Of a stretch of 64,000 nt of DNA, positions 8,976 to 19,457 are shown one piece after another (the first letter of the stretch is position 1; each line of letters starts with the position of its first letter). The translations under genes were made by a program, and so were the position numbers. This stretch comes from Candidatus Bathyarchaeota archaeon (GTDB lineage: Archaea; Thermoproteota; Bathyarchaeia; 40CM-2-53-6; RBG-13-38-9), in NCBI GenBank assembly GCA_963807605.1, contig CAWECG010000004.1, positions 160,001-224,000 of the forward strand. Direction: 5' to 3'. The notes below the pieces were generated by a model. The model saw only the letters and a program-made list of their open reading frames with translations, was not told the DNA's origin and did not search any database.

Positions 8976-9617
8976 ATGAGTCTGAATTCAGAAGATTCAG
9001 AATTGAAGGCACAGATAATACACTGCATGAAGTCCCTCCATCAGAGAGGCCTCATGACTGGCATAGGGGGAAATGCAAGTGCTCGCCACATGAACTCTGA
9101 GGAGGTGTGGATCACTCCCAGCGGACTCTATAAGCCGGAATTAAAGCCCTCTGATCTCGTAAAAATGGACCTTGAAGGAAAGACCCTCGAGGGAATCCTA
9201 AAGCCATCAATGGAATGGTATTTCCATACGGCAATTTACCGAAGGAGGGCTGACGTGAATGCTGTATTGCACACACACAGTCCTTACACGACAGGTCTAG
9301 CACTCGCCGATATGAAGATTAGACCCATAACACTTGAGGCTGCTACGATGCTCGCGGACGTCCCGATTCTGCCTTTCGCCTATCCAGGCACAGAAGATTT
9401 GGGCAAACAGGTGGGTGAGGCAATATTGGGCAGGAGGGCCGTTGTCCTACAGAATCACGGGGTCGTGGCCGTAGGTTTCGATCTCATAGAGGCGCTCTCC
9501 ACAGTTGAGATTCTTGAGGAGGTCTCAATAATGACATTCGTGGCGAGTCAATTTGGCAATCCCCGAGAGATTCCTCCTGACCAGATAGAACTAATCAAGA
9601 AACTGTACAGAATATGA
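8976..9617 (+). CDS. Class II aldolase/adducin family (FucA-like)
   Basis: GGNASAR, TPSG, PSME..FH, HTHS, NHG. Confidence 0.9.
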   Translation: MSLNSEDSELKAQIIHCMKSLHQRGLMTGIGGNASARHMNSEEVWITPSGLYKPELKPSDLVKMDLEGKTLEGILKPSMEWYFHTAIYRRRADVNAVLHTHSPYTTGLALADMKIRPITLEAATMLADVPILPFAYPGTEDLGKQVGEAILGRRAVVLQNHGVVAVGFDLIEALSTVEILEEVSIMTFVASQFGNPREIPPDQIELIKKLYRI

Positions 9618-9627
9618 ATGGTATGCT

Positions 9628-11484
9628 ATGATGTTCGGATATATCGGCGAGATTCTACGAGTCGACCTCACAAAATCAAGAATCTCGACCGAACCACTGA
9701 AAGAGGACGATCTGAAGAACTATATCGGAGGCAGCGGCCTAGCCTCAAGAATCATCTACAATGAATTGAACCAATTCATCAGTCCCCCTTCACCCGACAA
9801 TATCCTCGTCTTCATGACAGGTCCACTAACCGGAACAGCCTCACCTTCATGTGGGCGTTACTGCGTCTGTACAAAGTCCCCCCTGACAGGACTTTGGGCG
9901 GAGGCCCACGCGGCTGGGTTCTGGGGACCAGAACTCAAGTTCGCCGGATATGATGGAATAATAGTTGAGGGCGTAGCGAATCAACCTGTCTACCTTTCGG
10001 TTATTGACGGTCAAGCAGAATTGAGGGATGCATCTCGCTTATGGGGTAAGGACACCTACAGCACAGAGGAGCTGCTCAAGAAGGAGCTTGGGGATCCCAA
10101 TGTAAGAGTCGCATCGATAGGTCAAGCTGGAGAGCAGGGCGTACTTTTCGCGTCGATAATGAATGACTACGGACGAGCAGCAGGAAGATGCGGAGTCGGG
10201 ACCGTCATGGGCTCCAAGAGACTGAAAGCGATCGCGGTTAGGGGCACTGAAATCAAAGTGATCCCGGCAGCCAAGAACGAGATGCTCAACGAATTCCTTC
10301 GAAGAATCTACGTGACTATAAGGTCCCATCCCACAGCACAAATTTACGCTTCATACGGAACAGACGGAATAATGTCAATGATGCACGAATACGGAGACGT
10401 TCCAATAAAGTACTTCACAAAGGGTTCATGGCCACAGGGTGTAGAGAAGATATGCGGGGAAGCCATGGCCAAATCAATTCTGAAAAAACAATGGGCCTGC
10501 TATAGATGCATAATCGCCTGCGGGAGACATGTAACAGTCCATGCATCGGATGGTGAGAGAGAGGGTGCCGGCCCTGAGTACGAAACCTGCGCCTCCTTAG
10601 GCAGCCTTTGCATGAATAGCGACTTGAACCTGATCGCAGAAGGGAATGAACTCTGCAACAGATACGGAATGGACACAATATCCGCCGGAAGTGTAATCGC
10701 CTTTGCAATGGAGTGCTACGAGAAAGGTTTGATCTCCGCCGAGGATACAGGAGGATTAAAACTCCCTTGGGGAGACCGCAAAGCGATAATCGGGCTGCTC
10801 AACAAAATAGGGACAAACACTGAATTTGGAGCTGTCCTTGCGAAAGGAGTAAGGGAAGCTTGCAAGAAGATTGGCAAAGGATCCCATGACTTTGCTCTTC
10901 ATGTAAAAGGCCTCGAGATACCCATGCACGATCCAAGAGCCTTCAAGGGCCTAGGACTCCAATACGCCACGTCTCACAGAGGCGCGTGCCATCTGAGAGG
11001 GCTCGTTTACCAGATCGAGCAAGGAGAGCGGATGCCTGACATCGGAATCCACAAAAGATATGAACGGCAAACAACGGACGACAAAGCCTTCCCTGTAATT
11101 GCGGTTCAAAACTGGCATGATGTCTTAGACTCTTTAATAATGTGCAAATTCGCCATCGTACCACCCGCCTCTGTTCTCTCAATGCTGAATATGGTGACAG
11201 GCTGGGAGATGAAGCTTGATGAGTTGATCAAAGTTGGCGAGAGAACCTACAATCTGAAGAGAGCCTTCAACCTAAGATGTGGTGCCACAAGACGCGACGA
11301 TACCCTTCCCAAACGATTCCTTGAGGAGCCGCTCGCGGATGGGGGAAGCAAAGGCGAAGTGGTTGAGCTTGAGGCTATGCTGAACAAATACTACGAGCTG
11401 AGAGGATGGGATGAGAACGGTATTCCCACCAGAGAGAAGCTTGTAGATCTTAACCTGTCAGATGCAGCTTCAATAGTCAATTAG
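9628..11484 (+). CDS. aor: Aldehyde:ferredoxin oxidoreductase (tungstopterin)
   Basis: KSPLTG, AAGRCG.G.VMGSKRLKA, CYRCIIAC, PEYET, GMDTIS, RGACH, YYELRGWD. Confidence 0.93.
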   Translation: MMFGYIGEILRVDLTKSRISTEPLKEDDLKNYIGGSGLASRIIYNELNQFISPPSPDNILVFMTGPLTGTASPSCGRYCVCTKSPLTGLWAEAHAAGFWGPELKFAGYDGIIVEGVANQPVYLSVIDGQAELRDASRLWGKDTYSTEELLKKELGDPNVRVASIGQAGEQGVLFASIMNDYGRAAGRCGVGTVMGSKRLKAIAVRGTEIKVIPAAKNEMLNEFLRRIYVTIRSHPTAQIYASYGTDGIMSMMHEYGDVPIKYFTKGSWPQGVEKICGEAMAKSILKKQWACYRCIIACGRHVTVHASDGEREGAGPEYETCASLGSLCMNSDLNLIAEGNELCNRYGMDTISAGSVIAFAMECYEKGLISAEDTGGLKLPWGDRKAIIGLLNKIGTNTEFGAVLAKGVREACKKIGKGSHDFALHVKGLEIPMHDPRAFKGLGLQYATSHRGACHLRGLVYQIEQGERMPDIGIHKRYERQTTDDKAFPVIAVQNWHDVLDSLIMCKFAIVPPASVLSMLNMVTGWEMKLDELIKVGERTYNLKRAFNLRCGATRRDDTLPKRFLEEPLADGGSKGEVVELEAMLNKYYELRGWDENGIPTREKLVDLNLSDAASIVN

Positions 11485-11563
11485 TGAAGAACACAAGCAT
11501 CAAAAACGAACTGATCGTTATCCCCTAGAGTAGAAGCTACCACAATAATGGCAGCACCAATCT

Positions 11564-12853
11564 GTGCAAGGAGTGTTAATCTCTTCGATGCCCACTGACA
11601 GGATGGTTAAAGGCGTTACAGGAATAGAGGAAGCTGGAAGACTGTTCCATGAATCACTCCAATTAACAAGGCGTGAAACTGATCTCTTGCCCATTCAGGA
11701 TTGCATAGACCGTGTCTTAGCCTTTGACTCAATTGCTACCGATGATATTCCCAATGTCGATCAATCCGCAGTCGATGGCTATGCCTTACAAGCAAGAGAC
11801 ACGTTCGGTGCTTCATCCGCCAGTCCGATTCTCTTGGGATTGAGATCAAAAACCACCGGATCCCAACTGACTCTCAGCAGTGGGGAAACTGCATATGTTC
11901 ATACAGGTGCACCTCTGCCAAGAGGTGCCGATGCTGTGGTCATGATCGAATTCACAGAGAGGGTTGGACCTGACACGGTAGAGGTTTACAAAGCGGTTGC
12001 TCCAGGCGAAGATGTTTCCTGGAAAGGCGAGGATGTGAGAAAGGGAGAGGTGGTACTAAGGGAAGGTACAAGACTGAGACCGCAAGACCTCGGCATGCTA
12101 GCTGCCTTGGGTCTTTCTTCAATTCAGGTTTATAGAAAACCTCTGGTCGGAATCATCTCCACTGGAAGCGAACTTGCCCCCTTAGGTGGCAAGAAGACGC
12201 TGGGCCAGGTCATAGACGTCAACAGCATAATACTTTCGGCTATGGCTATTGAGTGCGGAGGAAGGCCGTTGCCGATGGGCATTGTAAAGGATGAATTTCA
12301 TGAGATAAAGTCAAGAATTTCAGAAGGCCTAGTGAAAAGCGACTTCTTGATTCTTAGCGGTGGGACTTCAGAAGGGAAGGCCGATCTTACAGTCAAGGTC
12401 ATCGATTCTTTAGGAAAACCAGGTGTAGTTGTGCATGGGATTGCGATGAGACCTGGGAGACCGACGGCCTTGGCCTCAATTCAAGGCAAACCGGTAATAA
12501 GCCTATCAGGATATCCTGTTGCAGCGATGATGGGCTTCTACCTTTTCGCAAAGCCGCTTCTGGCGAAGATGTTGCGAACAAAAGATCCGCTTGAACCAGA
12601 GGTCCGTGCTAAGGTTACAAGGAGGATAACTTCAGCCCCTGGTTTGAGAAGTTTTGTGCGGGTTGCAGTCTCTAAGAGCGGAGATGACTACGTTGCCGAT
12701 CCTGTGAGGACAACAGGTTCTGGAATATTATCGAGCATGATAAGAGCTAATGGACTGATAGTGATTCCTGAAGATGTCGAAGGGGTTGACGAGAATGATG
12801 AAGTCAATGTAAGACTCTTCAGGCCAATTGGACAACGATTGGGTGGCAGTTGA
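11564..12853 (+). CDS. moeA: Molybdopterin molybdenum/tungsten transferase
   Basis: SAVDGYA, TGAPLPRGADAVVMIE, STGSEL, SGGTS, RPGRP. Confidence 0.92.
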   Translation: MQGVLISSMPTDRMVKGVTGIEEAGRLFHESLQLTRRETDLLPIQDCIDRVLAFDSIATDDIPNVDQSAVDGYALQARDTFGASSASPILLGLRSKTTGSQLTLSSGETAYVHTGAPLPRGADAVVMIEFTERVGPDTVEVYKAVAPGEDVSWKGEDVRKGEVVLREGTRLRPQDLGMLAALGLSSIQVYRKPLVGIISTGSELAPLGGKKTLGQVIDVNSIILSAMAIECGGRPLPMGIVKDEFHEIKSRISEGLVKSDFLILSGGTSEGKADLTVKVIDSLGKPGVVVHGIAMRPGRPTALASIQGKPVISLSGYPVAAMMGFYLFAKPLLAKMLRTKDPLEPEVRAKVTRRITSAPGLRSFVRVAVSKSGDDYVADPVRTTGSGILSSMIRANGLIVIPEDVEGVDENDEVNVRLFRPIGQRLGGS

Positions 12854-12868
12854 GGCTGCGGTAGTGAT

Positions 12869-14239
12869 TCATGCAACTTGGAACAGGTTCTTCCTAACCT
12901 CTACCAAGAATCCAAGATTCTGAAGCTGAAGGATTGCGGTTACGGCTGAACGCTCATCATCAATATCTGTCTCGGTCTGGATTAAGCTGACAAGCTCTTT
13001 CAATGAGAGCTTCTCTCCTTTGTGTGAGCCTATGATCTGTAGAGTTTTTGGAAGATTCTTGCCCAAATCGGGCCGCCCGTCGACCACCGTGCTCGCCAGC
13101 CTCTCAAGTTTGTCAGCCTCCGGTTCGAGGCTGGTTCGCGGTTGCGTTGCTTTCCTCTCGCCTTTTTGCTCCGTCAGTTTGAAGCCTAGTCCCTCCTTCT
13201 TCGATTTTGCCTTGGCTTCTAAGACCTGCTCATGGTGCTGGTACTCCGCCTTTGCACTCTCTACGAGGTGGCCCAGTTTCTTTGGTACGTCCATCCCTGT
13301 CAAGATGCCAATGTAGGATGTCCATCTCATGTGCTCCGACGGGTAGATACCGAGCATAGCATCCTTTCCCGCAAGGAGTTCATGTAGTGTCCGTCTTATC
13401 GCATCAACTTGTAGGGTTGTGAATAAGTGAGTCGGTCCTTGCACTCCGAAGATCACTCCCGAGGCGGAGCTTGGATCTACTTCAGCAAATAGGCTGGTGT
13501 TCCAGCTCCGGCGGAGTGTGGCTGCAACATCCTCAACCATGTTAGCTGGAGTCTGGAAGTTTGCAAGGGTTGCGAAACCTGGATACTTGAATATGGATAC
13601 GAGTTCGGACTCGTCTTATTCTGTCTGCCCTGCTGGGCAGATTGGCAAAATCTATCAGGTCAAGAAACGTCTGAACAGCGATCTCCATTTACTTTTTCGT
13701 AGGCCTCGGTCAGGATTTTCTGTGGAAGTGGGCTGTCAACTTATCATTCTCAATGCAGATAATTGCTTTTACAGCCTCATGCCTGTAGAGCAGGTCTATT
13801 CCCATTGAGGCATTGACTTTTGCCTTAACAGATTCCGTCTCGAAAGGGAGGGTCACAATGGAGATGCAGGTCCTTCCCAGCTCGCCTATGATTTCAGCCA
13901 TGATGGGTGCTACGCCTGAGCCTGTCCCGCCGCTTCCCCAAGGGTGAGCAGAATAATGTCAGTATCACTGCTTAGTAACTTTGAGACTAGGGCTTTGATG
14001 TTTGTGCGACTTTGAATGGCCGCCTCATGTCCTTCCTGCCAGTTCTTCGCTGCGCCCTTTCCACTCCCGATGAGGAGTTTATTCTCCGCGGGGATGTTTC
14101 GATGTGTCGCTAAATCGGCTACATCACTGTTAATCGCGCATACATCCATTATCATTCCTTTCTTGTCGATGGCGGTCCTCTTGAAGTCGTCCGCGATCTT
14201 TCCGCCACAATGACCAAGGCCGATCGTTAGAAACCTCAA
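12869..14239 (-). pseudogene. FtsZ/CetZ-like tubulin-superfamily GTPase with C-terminal winged helix, broken by four 1-nt indels (near 13932, 13721, 13686 and 13617)
   Basis: IGLGHCGGKIAD (T1), G.GAAKNW..G (T3), GGGTGSG restored by adding 1 G, VTLPF..E, IENDKL, restored DRIDESEL (T7 region). Start overlaps the pyrE stop. Confidence 0.8.
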
Positions 14240-14892
14240 TCTAGACGCTCCTTTTTGTCAGACTGCTCCAGGATCTCGTTGTACTTACCTTCTTCGATTA
14301 CGCCAAGTTGATACATTATGCTTGCTATCTCAGTCATGCTCATGAAAGAATGAAGCTTCACGTTAGACTTCTGTAGCTGCGCTTTCCCACCCTCCTGTCG
14401 GTCTATCAAGACTACGGCGTCGGTCACAATGCCTCCCTCAGCTCTGAGCACGTCGATGGCGTCAACCAGGCTCTTCCCAGTGGTGATGAGGTCATCAACG
14501 ATGACAATCCGATCGCCTGGCGTCACAACTCCTTCTATTCTTCGTTCTCTGCCGTGTGTCTTTTTCTCCTTTCTAGAGTAAAGGATTGGTTTGTAAAGTT
14601 GAAAGGCTAGGACTGACGCGAATAGGAGTCCTGAAGTTGGTACGCAAGAGATTCTGTCGAATTCTTCTATTCCAATGTCGTCCTTAACCAACTTCTCGTA
14701 GATCTCTATCACCCTCCTAAAGGATTCAGGATGACTAGGTATCGAGCGAAGATCAACATAGTATGGGCTGAGTTTTCCGCTAGTCAGCTTGAACATGCCA
14801 AATTTGAGCGCCCCTGTCTTCATCAGAATTCTGCATAACTCGGTTTCTTCTTTCTCAGTTCCATGAAGTTTCTCATCCACTTGGAATCCCAT
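14236..14892 (-). CDS. pyrE: Orotate phosphoribosyltransferase
   Basis: F.LTSGK.SPYYVDLR, RKEKKTHG, VIVDDLITTGKS. Confidence 0.95.
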   Translation of the reverse strand: MGFQVDEKLHGTEKEETELCRILMKTGALKFGMFKLTSGKLSPYYVDLRSIPSHPESFRRVIEIYEKLVKDDIGIEEFDRISCVPTSGLLFASVLAFQLYKPILYSRKEKKTHGRERRIEGVVTPGDRIVIVDDLITTGKSLVDAIDVLRAEGGIVTDAVVLIDRQEGGKAQLQKSNVKLHSFMSMTEIASIMYQLGVIEEGKYNEILEQSDKKERLD

Positions 14893-15087
14893 TGTGAGTC
14901 CATCCAGTTAAGAAAAAGGTTCCTTATACGTATTGATTTGAAGCGACGAGTCTCTCTCCCTCAGAGGCACGGAAGGATGGGAGGCAAGGTTTTTGAGGTA
15001 TGAATGAGTTGAAGATCCTGATGCTAGAAGTGTGCGTGTAAACTGCCCCTTCATGATTCTACAACTTATTGTCGGTGAGATTCAATA

Positions 15088-16331
15088 GTGGAGATATGGA
15101 TCCCTTACGGTGGCACAGAGGTTCGGGTTGGCGTCCCTACTGAGAACCTAGTTGGACTTGCAGAGCCAAAGGCCACAGGCACTTTGAATAATTTGCGTTA
15201 TGAGATCTCTCAAGCGATTTCAAATCCCATAGGTGTAGCCCCACTGTCGCAGCTTGTTAGCCGAAATGACCAAGTGGCGCTAGTTGTCGATCTGCCGCCT
15301 AGTAGTGTGTCATTCCAGATTGTTGACTCTCTGATCCTTGAATCGTCTAATCTAGTTGAAAGTGAAAGTCTCACAGTTTTCTGGACCCACGCACAAGACT
15401 GGCTACAGGCTGAAAAAGGCACCGGCGACGGAATAACAAGAGGCTTCAAGGTCGCGGACTTGACCAGTCCCAGCATCCAATCCGTGCCTATCAATGACAG
15501 TCTCGGAGCGAAGGAAATCAAGGTTAACAAAGAACTTGCTGACTCAGCGATCAAGATACTGATCGGCAGAACCGGCTTCGACGCCATATGGGGCTACACC
15601 GGCGGCGCAACAGCTCTACTGGATATGATTGATGACGATACAAGGGCTCAATTCTACCGGCAGGCCGTGAAATCATACTTGGAAAAAGGCTCCGACCAAA
15701 CAAACGAAGCAACCAATAGGCTAAGATCCTTAGCCTCTTCTCTGGATCCCTGCCTCACCTTGAATATCGTGACCACCACGAGCGGCGATGTGATAAAACT
15801 ATTTGCAGGCACCTTTGAAGAATCGTCAGTTGCCTCCACGAAATTCTTCGATGACCTGTACAGAATTGGGTTTGATAAAAGGGCGGACGTTCTCATTGTC
15901 GGAGCCGGCGGAAGGCCTTATGATGAAACCCTCTCCACAGCTCTTGACTCAGCCCTGTTGAACAGAGATGTTCTAAAGAAAGGTGGCGCAATGATACTTG
16001 TTGCCGAATGTATGGGAGGTTACGGGGACAAGACTTTTCTACAGTGGATGTCCAAGGGCGAGGAGGCGAAGCAAATCAAATCCGCTTTGAAGAAGGACTT
16101 CGAGATCGGGCAGAGAAAGCGTACTTTTTAACAGAGCTCTTGGAAGAGTTCCGAGTATATCTTGTTTCAGTCATGCCCGATTACTACGCAAGAAAGATCT
16201 TCAAGCTGAAGACTTCAAGAACGGTGGACGATGCCCTTCAATCCTCCCTCAGAATCATGGGAAAGGACTCCAGCACTGCCGTGGTACCGCACGGATCACT
16301 CACAAGGACATACATAAGCGCTGGAGCGTGA
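15088..16331 (+). CDS. LarA (lactate racemase)-fold protein, divergent, with a 1-nt frameshift near 16110
   Basis: MEIWIPYG, GYTGG, GAGG.PYD, GG.MILVAEC..G.G; the second frame supplies the C-terminal VVPHGSLT. Confidence 0.75.
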
Positions 16332-18223
16332 GTGCGTTCGGATCGACAAAGCAGTTATTGATTATACTACTGTTGATCTCAGTCTCTTACTCTTTCAAGA
16401 CGGTGACAGCTTCAAGCGATGAAATGAGGACTGAAATGGCAGTTACAAGAGTTTCAGATGTAAGAGTAAGAGTCGTCATAGTAGGAATACCCACTCAACT
16501 GGTGAACGTAACATACCTGAAATGGAATCTTCCATCAATAAAGTACCAGAAGTACCTGAACCCGGGAACAGAGACCGGTGTACAGTACAGAATCACTTAC
16601 AATTTCACGTTTCCCTCAAACGAGTTTCAAGATTCATTCGGCCAATATTTGAAGTCCAGAGGAAAGGTAGATCGGACTAGGAACCCTTACTTAGGAGCCA
16701 ATTTGACAAATACTCTCTATCCCGCCGATCTCACGGAGAATTGGCTGAAGTATCACGAGTCAGACTACAGCAACTCCTCAGAACCCGGATACACGCTAAT
16801 GCTGGCTAACCTGACCAGCATACTGCCCTCAGTCCTGCCCAGTCAGTACGATGATTATCTTAAAGGAGTAACTAAAGCGATCACTCCTCACTATTACAAT
16901 ATGACTTACGTCGATTCGGACCTATACGCCACAATCAGGAGGCGTTGGATGACTTCTTGGGGCGGGTCCAGCCGGATCTACTTCATAGACTTGTCCGCGG
17001 GGCCATCAAACACAACAAGACAGCTTCCACTACAATGGGCGATAAAGGCAAATAACATAACTTTCCAAACCCCCTACGGATCCAGATGGCTAACTCAATA
17101 TCTATCCGACTACGTGAGCGGCGCGGTCGAAGATCTCTTTGCACCAGACCTGGAATACCCGTTGAACATCGCCAACAAGTACAGTGTTGACATCTTAGTC
17201 ATAGATAATAGAACTGACCTCAAAGTTCCAGCGGCCAACCGGACATTAGATCCCTCGCGGATCAGGAATGAGATTAAGAAGCTCCTGCCTTATGCAGATG
17301 TCAGAGTCCAGACAAGATTCATCAACATCACATCCTCTACGCTACTGACCAAGCTGATAGTGGCCTCGACATCTCCAAGCAAATATGCCAACACGTCAAT
17401 GGTGGACGCTAGGCCAGTATATCATTGGCTGAACGAGGAGGGTGAAGGTCACCTAAAGGACTTTTTCAATACCACAGGGGACCGTGAAGAATACCGTATT
17501 CCGGTAATGGCATTCCTTTTTACGGGCGAGTATGAATTTGGTTTTACATTCAAAGAAGATTTGAGTAAGCTTCCCGGGCCCAGGTCCATATGGGGTGTTG
17601 CTCTGGGAGATATGATCCTCGTAAGCCACTCATCCCACGACCTTATACGAGGTAACTTTACTGCGATTAAACAGCCCAATATGGGTCTTGGCCTGACAAA
17701 CACGATTATACATGAGATTGGCCACACGTTTGGGCTCATCCATCCTTTCACCTCTGACCCCACCGAAAACTTCGTCGCCTCAGTCATGGCGTACTACCCA
17801 TACGAGAACAGCTACAGTCAGTTTGATAGGGACTACCTTCAAAGAAGTTACGTTGACAGAATGCTGATGGATGCGAAGGGCGACCTCCAAGGGCTCGCCC
17901 CGAATGCTCTTAATTACAGACTCCTATCGTCGATCAACGAAGAATTGGATTCCGCCGAAAGATGCTACGCCAACATGAGTTATGCTAAGGCGCTGCCGGT
18001 TTCCATGGAGGTTAAAAAAGCGGCCGCCTTTGCCCGCTATATGGACAATGCGGTATCCGTCATAGGCCGATCAGCACTAGTTGTCCTAACAGTGGCAGTC
18101 GGCGTTATCCTGGTTGTATTCGTTTCACGTTACTCTCTACAAGCGTTGGCTGAAAAACGAGTCCTGTCCGCATCTGCTCGCTGGATACAGGTCGGCCAAC
18201 TCCAATGCTCGCCCGCAAAGTAA
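16328..18223 (+). CDS. Secreted, C-terminally anchored metzincin-type zinc metalloprotease
   Basis: Signal peptide, HEIGHTFGLIH, Met-turn SVMAY, C-terminal TM. Confidence 0.8.
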   Translation: MSAFGSTKQLLIILLLISVSYSFKTVTASSDEMRTEMAVTRVSDVRVRVVIVGIPTQLVNVTYLKWNLPSIKYQKYLNPGTETGVQYRITYNFTFPSNEFQDSFGQYLKSRGKVDRTRNPYLGANLTNTLYPADLTENWLKYHESDYSNSSEPGYTLMLANLTSILPSVLPSQYDDYLKGVTKAITPHYYNMTYVDSDLYATIRRRWMTSWGGSSRIYFIDLSAGPSNTTRQLPLQWAIKANNITFQTPYGSRWLTQYLSDYVSGAVEDLFAPDLEYPLNIANKYSVDILVIDNRTDLKVPAANRTLDPSRIRNEIKKLLPYADVRVQTRFINITSSTLLTKLIVASTSPSKYANTSMVDARPVYHWLNEEGEGHLKDFFNTTGDREEYRIPVMAFLFTGEYEFGFTFKEDLSKLPGPRSIWGVALGDMILVSHSSHDLIRGNFTAIKQPNMGLGLTNTIIHEIGHTFGLIHPFTSDPTENFVASVMAYYPYENSYSQFDRDYLQRSYVDRMLMDAKGDLQGLAPNALNYRLLSSINEELDSAERCYANMSYAKALPVSMEVKKAAAFARYMDNAVSVIGRSALVVLTVAVGVILVVFVSRYSLQALAEKRVLSASARWIQVGQLQCSPAK

Positions 18224-18250
18224 TATACAGGACTGGTGGGTGTAATACAC

Positions 18251-19120
18251 ATGAGAAGACGCTTCTGCATGACACTTGACGACACGCTGATGACCAAGAT
18301 AGATGGTCTTGTCGACGGGTCAAGATTCAAGAATAGGTCACAGACAACCGAGTTCCTGATTAGGGCGGGTCTAGACAGTCTCCAGCCTGAGAGAACGGCT
18401 GTAATCCTCTGTGGTGGACTAGGAACAAGGCTGAGACCACTGACATACGTGACTCCTAAACCAATGCTTCCCATAGGAGGCCAACCTCTCCTAGAGTATC
18501 AGATCAATTATCTGAGAAAATATTCATTCGACCGCATAGTTCTGGCAACCGGCTACCTGCAGGAACAGATAGTCCGCTACTTCTCAGAACGTGATGATAT
18601 CGGTGAAAATATCGTCTACAGTTTTGAGAAGGAACCACTCGATACCGGTGGAGCACTAAAGAACGCAGAACACCTCCTCAGGGGGGACTTTCTCACACTG
18701 AATAGCGATGTCATATTCGACTCCCTAGATCTTGATCGCCTTTTGGAATTTCACAGATCACACAAGGGGTTGGCCACAGTAGTTCTCGTCAGAGTTCGCG
18801 AACCCTCAAGATTCGGTCTGGTAGAACTCACACAGGACAATCTCATAACGGACTTTATCGAAAAACCTCGAACTATCATTCCCGAGGCCACGTGGGTAAA
18901 CGCTGGCGTCTACGTCTTATCAAATAGGGTCTTGAAGCGCATAAGGAGAGGAAGAAAGACTTCACTCGAGAAGGACATCTTTCCTAAACTCGTTCGTGAG
19001 AAAAGTGTCTACGGCTTCAAGTACAACGGCTACTGGTCCGATGTGGGAACCCAGTCAGACTACATCAAAGTCTGTAAAGATATTCTTACGGGCACGCTGA
19101 AGGTTTCGTATCCCGGCTGA
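18251..19120 (+). CDS. RHH-domain / sugar-phosphate nucleotidyltransferase fusion
   Basis: N-terminal RRRFCMTLDDTLMTKID...NRSQTTEFLI (CopG/NikR-like), then LCGGLGTRLRPLT...PKPMLP, EKP, WSDVGT. Confidence 0.88.
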   Translation: MRRRFCMTLDDTLMTKIDGLVDGSRFKNRSQTTEFLIRAGLDSLQPERTAVILCGGLGTRLRPLTYVTPKPMLPIGGQPLLEYQINYLRKYSFDRIVLATGYLQEQIVRYFSERDDIGENIVYSFEKEPLDTGGALKNAEHLLRGDFLTLNSDVIFDSLDLDRLLEFHRSHKGLATVVLVRVREPSRFGLVELTQDNLITDFIEKPRTIIPEATWVNAGVYVLSNRVLKRIRRGRKTSLEKDIFPKLVREKSVYGFKYNGYWSDVGTQSDYIKVCKDILTGTLKVSYPG

Positions 19121-19313
19121 GCAAGCAAGAAAGACTGCCGCAAGAAGAGAGGAGGGTCTGAAATCCTGCCCAAGAATTGGGAATCCTTCTAATCGTATGA
19201 CAGAAAATGCTAAGTTTTATCATAAATTGGTAGAGTGATTTCGACAAAACTGTTCAAAATATTCAAGCCATAAGTAGAGGATTAACCGGCTGTTTCGATT
19301 GGTGAACAAGCCC

Positions 19314-19457
19314 ATGATTGGCGAAAACGTCTGTGGCGAGTGTGGAAAGCAGTTTGTGCCCTTTTCAGAAGGGCAAAGAATCTGCGATGAGTGCACTCAA
19401 ATGGACGATTACATAATGGCCCGAAGCAACAGATGGTGCAGAAACTGTCTGTCGTGA
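19314..19457 (+). CDS. 47-aa protein with three CxxC motifs
   Basis: MIGENVCGECGKQFVPFSEGQRICDECTQMDDYIMARSNRWCRNCLS*; below the ORF-track cutoff. Confidence 0.55.
   Translation: MIGENVCGECGKQFVPFSEGQRICDECTQMDDYIMARSNRWCRNCLS

Noticed and set aside
8815-9012. Long N-terminal extension of the thiolase
   Set aside because: It overlaps the divergent aldolase and its promoter region. Thiolase similarity starts near 8814-8799.
13617-13932. Programmed frameshifting in the tubulin-like gene
   Set aside because: Four shifts in mixed directions with no slippery heptamers are not plausible as recoding.
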